Below are positions 52,462 to 64,000 of a stretch of DNA of 64,000 nt, in pieces (position 1 is the first letter of the stretch; the number at the start of each line of letters is the position of its first letter). Origin of the DNA: Octopus sinensis (lineage: Eukaryota); NCBI RefSeq assembly GCF_006345805.1, contig NC_043008.1, positions 63,984,001 to 64,048,000 on the forward strand, written 5' to 3'. A program made the translations under genes and the position numbers. The notes under the pieces were generated by a model that was not told where the DNA came from, searched no databases, and saw only the letters and a program-made list of their open reading frames with translations.

Positions 52462-52945
52462 CATCATCATTGTTTAGTATCCATTTTCCATGCTAGCATG
52501 GGTAAGATGGTTTAACTGGAATTGGTATGATGGTTTAACTGCATTGGGGGCTCCAGTGTGTTTTGGCCTGGTTTCTATGGCTTGATACCATTCCTAATAC
52601 TAACCACTCCACAGAGTGTACTGGGTGTCTTTTATGTGTCACCAGCACAGGTGCCTTCCTTGTGTCTTCAGCATTGGCCACAACCACAATTTCACTTAGT
52701 TTGGTGTGTCTTAGTTTGTGTAAGATTTCACTTAGTTTGGTGTGTCTTCTCAAGCACAACAAATTGCCAAAAGTTTCAATTACTTGTCATCATCTCTATG
52801 AGACTCAACATCCGAAGATCATATTTCACCATAACACCTCACGTTTTCCTGGGTCTAACTCTTCCACAAGTTTGCTGCACAGTTAGAGATCAGCACTTCT
52901 TTGTGCAATTGACCTCATCCATATGCATTACATGACCATACCAGC
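52462..52945 (-). mobile_element. RTE LINE 3' fragment
   Basis: The minus strand carries the WYGHVMHMDE...CGRVRPRK C-terminus, the family 3' UTR and a (GAT)n tail. Confidence 0.8.
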
Positions 52946-54616
52946 ACAGACATAAGTAACTAAAAAATGAACCCGATCTTCCTGAGAGTATTAAACAGGC
53001 TTCATGATACAAACTGCTAAGATATATTTCTGAAATAAATTCATTTTTATTTTTCATATTTTTAATTCCTAGGTTTGGAGAATGATGACGAAGTGGCCAT
53101 CTTGTGGGAAATGTGAGCAGAGGCTTAATCCTAGAGAGTTGGCATTCTGCAAAGGAAGATAGAGCATAGTTGTTGTTGCAGAGCCTGGTGGGGATGGGTC
53201 ATGATGATGGAGATTAGAGGAGAAATGAGTAGTTTGCTTTTGGACAAGTCATTTTTATTTACTTTTAACTCTTAAAATCTAAACATAAAAAAGAAAATAC
53301 ATTAATATTTAACCACATTAATAAAATAATCAACATCTTACTTCCAGGGAAGAACACCAACATTAATAAGGATTTCAAACTAACTTTGACATGGATCTAT
53401 ATCTTAAAACATCAAAGAATTGGGTTTCTTGAAAACATTTGTTGGATTTAGCCTAACTAAAAGAGAAAATATGCTATTCTGATATTACATTCTCCTAAGT
53501 TTATGCTCGGATAAACTTGGAACATAAATCAAATTGATATCCTGGAAAATTTTAACTCAAACAAAATTGCAAACAATATTCTTCATATAGACTTCACATA
53601 AGACTCTACTTGCTTTGTTTTCTAGTCCTCTCTAGAATCTATTTACCAGATAAACTCCATTTACAATGTTTATGATATTAATCTCTTAAAATCCTGTCGA
53701 AAATTTCCAAAGCAAAAGCCCAGCTCTGTAATGATTCAATATTTCCCTTTTCTTTCTCTCTTTTTTATTCTTTTACCTGTTTCGGCTTGAGAGGTGCTGC
53801 CATACTGGAGCACTGCTGTTCTGGAATATAAGTGAATGATACAAGACAGGATCAGAATCTTTCCCTCTATTAAACAGAGACACATTTCCTTACGAATGAA
53901 TGTAAACATTGTTAGTATTATTCTTGAGAGGTTGACTATTTCAGTTCTGGTTTACTCTTACCATCCCATGCAGAATTGTGTCTTACAAAAAATTAAGAGT
54001 TAAGCTATGTAATATACTGTTGAATTTACCAATATACATGCTGAAATTTGGGTTAATTAATCCAAATTAGAAACAAGCAGTATTTATAATCTGAATCACA
54101 TGAGAAGAGATACTAATTAATGCGTTTGATAATGTGCATTTTATACTCTGGTGTATTCTGAGTGTATCATCATCTTTACAAATAAAACTTTGTAACGTGA
54201 TTTTTGTCCTTGGGTAGCAAGTGTTATTTCTCTTTGCTTACCCCTAGAAAGTATGAAAAATGACTTAATATTTCCTCCAGACTTTGCTTTCTTGAAAATT
54301 GTCTCCTCTTCAACAGCTAGAAACTCCTAAATATATCTCCTTCTGTGTATATATATACTACCAAATATGACCTTTTTTGAACTTATAATTTTCTGTGTGT
54401 ATATATATATATAGAGAGAGAGATAGATAGATAGATAGATACTTCCAAACAAACATAATTTTTTATGAAATCCTAATATTTTTGATGAACTTTGTAATAT
54501 TTTCTCAAGATTTCTTTGTAAACTGTTTTTAACATTTTCTTATTATTATCAAAGAATGTATATATGTATCGTAATATTTTGTGACAACCAGTACTTAACA
54601 CAACAAAGCTTTACAT

Positions 54617-54664
54617 TTTACTTTTGAGAAGCTTTTTCTTAAAAAGTGAAACCGGTCAAGTGAA
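54617..54664 (+). ncRNA. Minimal type I hammerhead motif (U3-A8 variant)
   Basis: TTTACTT-TTGAGAA-GCTTTTT-CTT-AAAAAGT-GAAAC-CG-GTC-AAGTGAA, overlapping an AATAAA. Stem III is palindromic (ACCGGT) and the site is GUC. Confidence 0.75.
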
Positions 54665-54921
54665 TAAACATCCTTAAAATTGCATTTTCAAACCTTCTTT
54701 CATATATATATATATATATAAAAGAGGTGAGGATCGAAATCCTTCAAAGGGATCTCAAACATCTAGGTCCACCAATACAAACCAAGCAAAGTATATATAC
54801 AAATATACATTCAGTATTTGCAAACACCAATAAATAAAGTACAAGGAAAGGAAAAAAATATATAAGTGTAGACGATCTTTAATTCAAATCCAAGTTGGTA
54901 CAAAACCAGGATATATATACA

Positions 54922-55043
<122 letters not shown>

Positions 55044-55116
55044 CATTTATATGGAAATATTCTTTCATATGTTCTAACACTCATAAGAAAAAGATATCAC
55101 GTAATAATAAAGCAAA

Positions 55117-55471
55117 AAAGAAGCCCTGAACAGTACCCTCCCCTAAAGGAAAAATTCTTCCTTTCTATTTCTTAACAGACTCTCTTTCTCTCCACCTCTT
55201 ACTCTGAAAGCAGCTGTAGATGGAAACCACAACAGTCCCCAGTCAAATTTCATACATCTGTATTAAACGATGGTCGAATTCTGAAGGCTACGCACAAAAC
55301 TGATTGCAAGATTCCACGGTGAGATGAAACATATTGGAAATTTATCTGAAGTCATCATGAGGTGATAAACAGCATATTTCCAACAAGAGTGTCTCCGACA
55401 TATTTCCAACCACAGGTCTCACATTTTTACCTGAGAAAAACAGAAGGACTTGTATGTGGTTTGTAGAGAAA
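55117..55471. repeat. ~355-bp segment duplicated in direct orientation at 59640-59997
   Basis: AAGAAGCCCTGAACAGTACCCTCCCC...TTGTAGAGAAA is colinear in both places, with scattered substitutions. Confidence 0.9.
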
Positions 55472-56187
55472 TTGGTAATTGAATCTATATGAAGAACTAG
55501 ACAAATAAGTATTGGGAAAAAAAAAAGAATAATTTGGAGAAATGAAACAAGATCCTTCAATGATTCCCAGAATGAAATCTTAAACACATATGAGACTTTC
55601 CCTCATTCTATCACTCAGTCTCTTTCTCTTTTTTCTCTCCTCCACTGTTAGAAGTAAAGAAAATAGAAGATATCAATCATACTGTGTATAATATTAATTT
55701 TAATTTTAAATCACTCCAAGGCTTTTATTGCCCTCCCCCTGTCTCTTCACTTCTTTTCTCCACTGTTAAGAGATAAGAAAAAAACAAAAGAAAGTTGATT
55801 GTATATAATTCCTAAATGATTTAAAGGAACTTAGGCCATCTAGTTTCATAATCCCAAGTTGTGTTGTATTGATAAGCTCCAATTGAGAGCAAAATAACAT
55901 TATCTGAAGCTACTAGGACATTCCAAATGAGAAAAACAAATGAATTATATGGAAATAATCTTTCATATGTTTTCTCCCACTTAAGAAAAAGGCATCACAT
56001 AATAATACAGCAGAACAATACTGTTTCAGCTTTGGTCCCACTATGCACCAACTTCAGCATCTTCTACCCATGGCACATCAAATCTTTTTAGTGAATTTGT
56101 TTGACAGAAATGGAAAAGAAGCCTAGTATATCTATCTATATCTATATCTATATATATATATATATATATATACACACAAGGCTTCTT

Positions 56188-56220
<33 letters not shown>

Positions 56221-56222
<2 letters not shown>

Positions 56223-56666
56223 ATAAGAATAATAATAATAAAGGGTAAAATTAATTAATCAATTAATAATTCATAATTTTACCGAGTAGTTTGGTATGTT
56301 AAAAGAACCATTATCGGTAAACTTATACAAAAATTCTATAATTATGAGCATAATTATAATTAAGGTTCAGCAAAATTTGCTTCACCACATACCGAAATTT
56401 AGAAATAGCAGTTAAAATACTATTCTACTACCATAAGATATCTCCCAGATAGCAATACTCAACAATTCATGCATTTGTTTCCATATTTGTTTTTAATTTT
56501 ATCTCTTTACACTTCTAGAGTGAGTTATTGGGTTTTGCTGTCTGGGAGATATCTTATGGTAGTAAAATAGTAGTTTAACTGCTATTTCTAAATTTCGGTA
56601 TGTGGTGAAGCAAATTTTGCTGAACCCTAATTATAACTATGCTCATAATTATACAATTTTTGTATA
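56221..56666. repeat. PLE pseudo-LTR-like module with ~145-bp inverted arms (56324-56468 / 56521-56666), related to the 2331-3500 unit
   Basis: Shares GGTTCAGCAA..TTGC...CCACATACCGAA.TTTAGAAATAGCAGT and AGGGT.AAATTAATTAAT; flanked by (TA)n. Confidence 0.85.
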
Positions 56667-56905
56667 TATATATATATATATATATATAAATATATATATA
56701 TGTAGGGAAAGTTTACGAAAAAATACAAAAGGCGAAGACAGGTGGTGTACAAAACAAACAGATGTATTAGTATAGCGCACAGGAATAGAAAAAGTCTTTT
56801 ACATTTTGAGCCTACGCTCTTCTACAGAAAGGTACACAGAAAAAACAAGGAGAGAAAAAAGTGTGTGTAGTGGCTAACGATCTATCATGGCGTCTGATAT
56901 ATATA

Positions 56906-57300
56906 TCTTTATATATAAAAGTCAAGTTGTGTGTCTGTCTCCTACGATTTAGATTCCTAATTACTCCCACATTTTGCGGTGCAGTTTAACCAAAACCGGG
57001 TATCTTATACTCGTGATTCATATCGAGCCCTTCTGGGTATTAGCGCACGTCTACGATGAGTCTACGATTAAAAATCAAATTTACCATCATTTTTTCCATT
57101 TTAATGCATTTTTTCGCTATTATATAAGGGAAGTAACTCTCTAAAAATGTCTACGGTGATTCAACGAATTTTAAAAGATTTACCATCATTTTTTTCCATT
57201 TTTAATGCATTATTTTGCTATTTTTTAGCTATAACTCTCTAAAAATGCTTATATAGTTATTTCCCTTACAAACCCGAGCAACGCCGGGCGATACTGCTAG
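56906..57300 (+). mobile_element. Complete non-autonomous Helitron (395 bp)
   Basis: A|TCTTTATATATAAAAG 5' end; 3' hairpin CCCGAGCAACGCCGGG then CTAG|T; no TSD; internal ~100-bp subrepeat. Confidence 0.9.
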
Positions 57301-57514
57301 TATATATATATGTCTTTGTGTATGTATCTGTGTTATGAATACACATCGATACACCACACACACCTGTATGCTACACATAGAATCTATTTAGGACATATAG
57401 AAAAGTTAAATGTTAAGATGCTGAAGAAGGAAGTAGAATCTCAATTTCCAGAAGTGTAAAAAAAGTAAAATTAAAAACAAATATGGAAACAAACTTATTA
57501 AAAATTTATTTTCT

Positions 57515-57545
<31 letters not shown>

Positions 57546-58551
57546 CATATGAAATAAACAAATAGAGAGATGAAAATTAAATAAATAATTACTTCAAAGA
57601 AAACACATTGTTTGAAAGAAATTGTTATGATATTCACAACTAGGTTGGCATTTATGTTACAATTGTTAAAGAATAGAAATTAGTTTTGAGCATGTTTGCT
57701 ACAACTCTAGCATATGGAGTAAGAGGATCACAGAATATCACATGACAAGTCCCAAGCTATGGGCTTGATCATCCATAATATTTCCAGAAACATAAAATTA
57801 CGATTGCATATTTTTCGTATTTTTCTTCCAACAACAACTTAAAACTTCATCGTCAAAGTAGCTTAAAAGTAATTTCATACTTTTCCAGATTATAAGTCAT
57901 TTCCATATAAGTTTATAAGCATTAGTAAGAAATGGCATACTTAAAGAATTGGCATTCTTCAGAAAAGAATTGGTGTAGTGTTGTGATTTCTATACAAAGT
58001 ATCTGTCTTAATTTTAGAAGAGAAATAATATTGTTCTACAATAAAACCAAACGTGAAATACTGCTAGCACCAAGTATTATGTCATTACATATCATACAAA
58101 ATCAAACATGCTTGCAGTCTTCATTGCTTTCTTTTATATATATATAAATGTTATATTTCATGTATTGATATTTTCTTTATTTTGGGAATTAATAGTGATG
58201 GGTAAGAAAAACTTTTATGTCTCATGCTATAAAGACTGTGCCTGCGTATGTATGTATATATATGTATATTTGTATTATATATGTGTGTGTATGAATAGAT
58301 AGGAATATATGAATATATATATATATTCTTTTATTCTTTTACTTGTTTCATTTATTTTGATTGAGGCCATGCTTGAGCACTGCCTTTAGTCACACAAATC
58401 AACCCCAGGATTTATTTTTTTGTAAGCCTGGTATTTATTTTATCATTCTCTTTTGTCGAACTGCTAATTTACAGGGACATATGCACACCAACATTGGTTG
58501 TCAAGCAATAGTGGAGGGACAAACACAGACACACACACAAATATATACATG

Positions 58552-58602
<51 letters not shown>

Positions 58603-60039
58603 GACAGACTTCTTTCAGTTTCCACCTACAAAATCCATTCACAAGGCTTTGATCAGCCTAAGGCTACAGTAGAAGGTACTTGCCCTGCAGTAGAAAAGCA
58701 TTCGATCTGCTAAGAGAGGAAAGAAAAAAGCCCACAAATCTTGTAAATACAGCTACCCAGGATTTCCTGATTAAAAAATTAATTTATTCCACCTGGGTAG
58801 TTTTATTTAGAAAATTTGTGGTTTTTATTTTAATATTATATATATATATTCATAAACATACACACATACACATATACGCATATACACACACACTGTCAAG
58901 TCTGCTTTACCTTGTATACTCACTTGCTTATCGTGTCTGTATTGTTCATTTCTTGCTACAGTCTCCTTTCATCTCATCACACATCTTTCTACCACCTTTT
59001 GTGTGCACAAAAAAGTGCAGAGATAAGTTTGCAGGAAAATGTACCCAGTACACTCTGTAAAGCAGTTGGCATTAGAAAGGCCATCAGGCTGGTAAAACTA
59101 AGACAAATTACACATATATCAGCACCAATTTTTAAAAATAATGACTCCAAATAATAAGTGTTTTAGATGGTGATGACCCATTCAAAATATGCTTGCATGG
59201 AAAGTGGATATTAATTCTATAAGGAATATTATCTACTGACAAATACCACAATCCATTTGGCTGTTCAAGGGGTATTTATATTAAGTATGATTTACAGAAT
59301 GTTATGTTAATCTGATATTGCTTTTGTTGCACATAATGAATTTTTATTCAGCAGGCTGGCTAATTGCAACATCAGTGATTTTTTAATCACAGTTTTCCTA
59401 TATTAGTAATGTGCTTTTAAAAAGGTCCAAAATGGCAGAGGTGCACATTTAGCGTTCAGTCCAGCAGTACTGAATGGTTTTTTTTTTTACAATATATTTT
59501 TGTGTTGTTTAATCTGCTAAGACCATAGCAGATATTATCTTCAGACAAATACCACAGGCAATTTGATTGCTTTCATGTATTTACATCAAGTATAATACGC
59601 AGAATGCTGCATTAATTTAATACTATTAGAAAATATGACAAAGAAGCCCTGAACAGTACCCTCCCCTAAACGAAAAATTCTCCTTCTTTTCTATTTCTTA
59701 ACAGACTCTCTTTCTCTCCACCTCTTACTCTGAAAGCAACTGTAGATGGAAACCACAACAGTCCCCAGTCAAATTTCACACATCTGTATTAAACGATGGT
59801 TGAATTCTGAAGGCTACGCACAAAACTGATTGCAAGATTCTATGGTGAGATGAAATATATTGGAAATTTATCTGAAGTCATACTGATGGGATAAACAGCA
59901 TATTTCTAACAAGAGTGTCTCCGACATATTTCCAACCATAGGTCCCATATTTGAACCTGAGAAAAAGAGAGGGATTTATATGTTATTTGTAGAGAAAAGA
60001 TGACAATATTAGCATGAAGTGTAGCTTCTCCTGGATTTG

Positions 60040-60300
60040 TGACCACTATATCATGTCACATATTAAACGCTATGTTTTGCCATCGAAGTGCAGGAGACAG
60101 CTGCCAAATATCTCATGAACAAAGAGGACAATGAAACACTTAATATTCCAAAATGCAACTGCAAGTCTTCATTATATTACTCTTTTGTTGAAAACATAAC
60201 ACATGTAATCAGCAGCTGTTCAAAAACATCACGTGCTATGACATGATATCGAAGTTAAAATATCATAGCACTATCAACAAAAATGACTGCCCTTGGATAA
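60040..60300 (+). mobile_element. Fragment of an RLE-type (R2/NeSL-like) non-LTR retrotransposon, zinc-knuckle region
   Basis: FAIEVQETAAKYLMNK...KCNCKSSLYYSFVENITHVISSCSK, then frameshifted HDIEVK, recalling the H-x4-C...RHD motif. Confidence 0.5.
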
Positions 60301-60323
60301 ATGAAAACAACACCTTTAGTATA

Positions 60324-60724
60324 TACATTATTTACATTTGACGGATATTTTGTCCTCATCTTGTTTGTTGTTAACACGTTTTGGCTGATATACACTCCTG
60401 CCTTCATCAGGTGTCTTGGGGAAATTTCGAACCTGGGTTCTCATTTCTAAGGTTTTTTTTTTTTTGTTAACCACTACACCATATGCCTGTGCTTAAGTGT
60501 GCAGGCTACTAACCCCAAGATTCTGAGTTCAATTCGAAATGGCCGAAATAAGATTAAGTTTAATGTAAAAAATAAATAACACTGAAGCAAAGTAACACCA
60601 AATATATAGTGTGTGGGTTTTTATTGGCTAAACTGGCAAAATGACCATTCCGAAATACAATATCTGTTTCAACACACGATTTCACATAAAAAATCTTGCA
60701 CAACAAATATATAAACGTAATAAC

Positions 60725-60765
<41 letters not shown>

Positions 60766-60947
60766 CAACATTGAAAAAGTACCTTAGGAATGAGAGCACA
60801 GGTTTGAAATTTCCCCAAGACACCTGATGAAGGTTGGAGGGTATATCAGCTGAAACATTGTGTTAACAACAAACAAGATGAGGAAAAATATCCGTCAAAT
60901 GTAAATAATGTACATAATTCCTCATCTCTTAAATATAGAACTGTATT
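60324..60947. mobile_element. 624-bp non-autonomous element: two divergent HHR-bearing arms flanked by a 12-bp TSD
   Basis: ACCTTTAGTATA occurs at 60312-60323 and 60948-60959. Arms are 60324-60453 (-) and 60781-60912 (+), each with GACAC-CTGATGA-AGG...TCAGC.-(G/A)AAAC. Confidence 0.8.
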
Positions 60948-61833
60948 ACCTTTAGTATAGTATGGAACACATGCCTGACAGTACAGGGAATATTTTTATC
61001 TAAAATATTTAGGATAACTTCTTTGAAACTTGCAAATTATCTATCCTCTTTATATATTAACATCCATACCAATAATTATTTAGATATATATATATCGGTG
61101 CAGGCATGGACGTGTGGTAAGAAGCTTGCTTCTCGACCACATGATTCCAGATTCAATCCCTCTGCATGGCACCTTGGGCAAGTGTCTTCTACTGTAGCTT
61201 GGTAGACAGAAACTGAAAGAAGTCCATCGTATATCTATATATATGTGTGTATGCGTGTGTGTGTGTGTTTGTATTTATATGTGTTTCTTTGTGTGTGTTT
61301 GTTCCCCACCATCACTTGACAACTGTTGCTGGTGTGTTTATGTCCCTTGTAACTTAGCAGTTTGGCAAAGAGACCGATAGAATAAGTACCAGGCTTACAA
61401 AGAATGAGGCCTGGAGTCAATTTCTTCAATTTAAAAAAAAACATTTTTCATCAATAGCAAAAAAAAATGTTTCATCAACAACATCATAGTTTTAACTATG
61501 ACGTTGCTGATAAAACATGTTCTTTGTCTATCTACTTATCCTCTTTGTGATTTTGGTTAATAGAATAACTATACAAATGAATCCTTTGAATTTAACTAAA
61601 TTCTATATTTTTATGCAGCTGAAGATTGCTCTACATTTTAAAACTGATGTAATATTTGAGTTGTTCAATTAAATGGAGTCACATGAAACGATCGTACTGC
61701 ACTACCTCAGGATATTCTTGTTGCTTATTCTGATTGTAATCACCCCATTTTGAATTATATGGATAATACCATACTAAATTCTGGTGCCTTTAACTTAAGT
61801 ACCATATCCAACTGAATCTAAATTTTACTGAAC

Positions 61834-61934
<101 letters not shown>

Positions 61935-62569
61935 AAGATGGATATATATATATGATAGACATACATATATATAGATAGATAGATAGATTTATATATATAT
62001 ATATGTATATATGTATGTATGTGTATATATATATATATATATACATGAATAAATGTGGCCAACAAACATTCATAGACATACGTATCTCTTACTTCTTCTC
62101 TCTCCATCTCTTACCTACTGACACACTCTCACACATACATATATAAAGATTCAAATAAATGACATTTGGTAAATGAAAACTTGATGTTTCTTTTGTCAGC
62201 TTTATTTGTACGAGACTCCAACCTCTGTATATGTCAACAATTTTGATAAATTTGATATGGAACAACAGAGAGAAAGAATGAAGAAGGAAAACAAAGAAGT
62301 GATCGGATGTAATTAAACAGGTGCTACAGACATAAAATGAAGAGTATGTCTTAAGACAAAGATTTCTATTTATTTGATGACAGTTATACAAATGGCTACT
62401 TTAACAGAAATGGTCTAGACACTTATGTATTTACTCTGCTGGACATATCACTTGAAATACAAGTCAAAAGTAGTGTGTATTGATGTAGAAACAATATCTA
62501 GAAACAAAAATGAACAATAATCTCATGATGTTGCGATGAGTTTTCTGATTTCTTTTATTCTTAATAATA

Positions 62570-62600
<31 letters not shown>

Positions 62601-62812
62601 CGACAGCGATGACGGCGATAATAATAATAATGATAACGATTTCAAATTTTGGCACAAAACCAGCCATTCATTGACCCCACCCCATCACCCAACTCAGAAT
62701 CCCTCAGAATAGCAAAGTCAGCTTCGGCAGAATATGAACTCAAAGGAAAGACGGATAAAATGCCATTCAGCATTTTTCCTAGCATGCTAACGATTCTGCC
62801 AGTTCACTGCCC

Positions 62813-62845
<33 letters not shown>

Positions 62846-62847
<2 letters not shown>

Positions 62848-63500
62848 CTCTGATGCAGTATCAGGTACTGGCTCTCATGGCTTCTGATCTTAACTGATTG
62901 GAAGTGTTATCATGTACATGTTTCCCCTAGTGTAGCTAGAATGTGTGCCGACCCCAGACCCCACAAAAAACACATCATGATGAAAAGTGTTGCCCCATTA
63001 AGAGTGCTGCCTGGGACAGACTGCCCCTATCGCCTCACTCCCATCCCTAGCTATGTTAGTGCAAGTTTTGGCTTGGCATAAAAAATGGGCTACAGCAAAT
63101 AGTCAGCTCAATCCCATAGATTTGATTCTCATTCATTTGACCTTAACCAGTTGTGCATGTCCTTTAGTGACTGATATTACATGCATCTCTAATCATGAGC
63201 AGGAGTAGTTGGTGGGAGCATCATAACCATGTATTGAGTGGAATTCTTTGGAGTCTGAATAATTCCCCACTGGAAACATAGTTGTTTCATTCAACATCCT
63301 TAAACAACCATTATTCAGGGGCCTTTTAAATTTGATGAGCATCTCAACTTGAAGAAAATTCTGAGCTCCACCTGCAAGTTCATGCACTGTTTATCTTGAT
63401 ATGTGATCCCCATGTCATGCACATATGGTTGTGATGCATGTACCTGGTGTACTCTTATCAGATAGGTAGTCATATGGGTTAATTACGCTTTGTATATCTG
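62846..63500 (+). mobile_element. Second copy of the 28838-29385 repeat, interrupted by a ~133-bp MITE (62927-63059)
   Basis: Colinear homology. The insert has imperfect TIRs CTAGTGTAGCTAG / CTAGCTATGTTAG. Confidence 0.7.
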
Positions 63501-63745
63501 TACCTCCTTTGTCTGTCCTTGTTTGTCCTCTCTGTATTTAGCCCCTTGTGGGTAGTAAAGAAATAGGTATTTTGTCGGTTGTTATTTTCTGAGTTCAAAT
63601 TTCGCCGAGGTCAACTTTGCCTTTCATCCTCTCGGGGTCGATAAATTAAGTACCAGTTACGCACCAGGGTCAATGTAATCGACTTAATCCCTTTGTCCTT
63701 GTTTGTCCCCTCTATGTTTAGTACCCTGTGGGCAATAAAGAAATA

Positions 63746-64000
63746 TGACATACAAATGGCATAGTCTTTCTTGCAGAATCAGAAAAGGAATTACAGAGAC
63801 TTCTGGTGGTTATTGTCAGAGAAAGTGAAAGGAAGAGTCTGTTCCTAAGTTGCCAGATGACAGAGTGAATGGTGATGACAAAGAAGGGAGACCCAAAGTG
63901 CCTGCTGAAAGTGAAGAACCAAATCATAAAGCAACTACCATTCTTCAACTGTCTTTGAATTTTGATCAAAGAAGACACAAGACGTGTGAAGGAGATCAAA
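63746..64000 (+). mobile_element. RTE-BovB-like LINE RT fragment running off the window
   Basis: *HTNGIVFLAESEKELQRLLVVIVRESERKSLFLSCQMTE*MVMTKK...IIKQLPFFNCL*ILIKEDTRRVKEIK (decayed YADD region). Confidence 0.8.

Noticed and set aside
53073-53112. Possible 40-nt exon GLENDDEVAILWE
   Set aside because: Splice signals are plausible but the peptide is unrecognised and unlinked; insufficient without RNA data.
55380-55430. CETCGWKYVGDT, resembling a GIY-YIG motif
   Set aside because: The cysteines are absent in the duplicate at 59.9 kb and the frame closes quickly.
63718-63999. Minus-strand 93-aa ORF
   Set aside because: It is the antisense shadow of the plus-strand RTE RT fragment.

Overview
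This is AT-rich, repeat-saturated eukaryotic DNA. The SINE/LINE families and microsatellite load look like an octopus (coleoid cephalopod) genome; that is recalled resemblance, not a database hit. No multi-exon host gene can be assembled with confidence; only a few isolated candidate exons are visible. The window is a mosaic of tRNA-derived SINEs, RTE/CR1/RLE LINE fragments, four Tc1/mariner remnants, hAT- and piggyBac-type MITEs, Helitrons, long (TA)n/(CAT)n/(AAT)n tracts and one 5'-truncated but nearly intact Penelope-like element (PLE; RT + GIY-YIG, 22234-23699). The main signal invisible to the ORF track is a set of about a dozen type I hammerhead ribozyme (HHR) motifs from at least six sequence families. 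Most sit in PLE pseudo-LTR-like modules inside or beside (TA)n tracts. They include a head-to-tail ~600-bp tandem with two fully canonical HHRs (retrozyme-like, predicting a 601-nt self-excised RNA), divergent inverted pairs (one flanked by a 12-bp TSD), and three motifs with the compensatory U3-A8 core variant. All folds, alignments and translations outside the supplied ORF track were done by eye, and most element boundaries are approximate.
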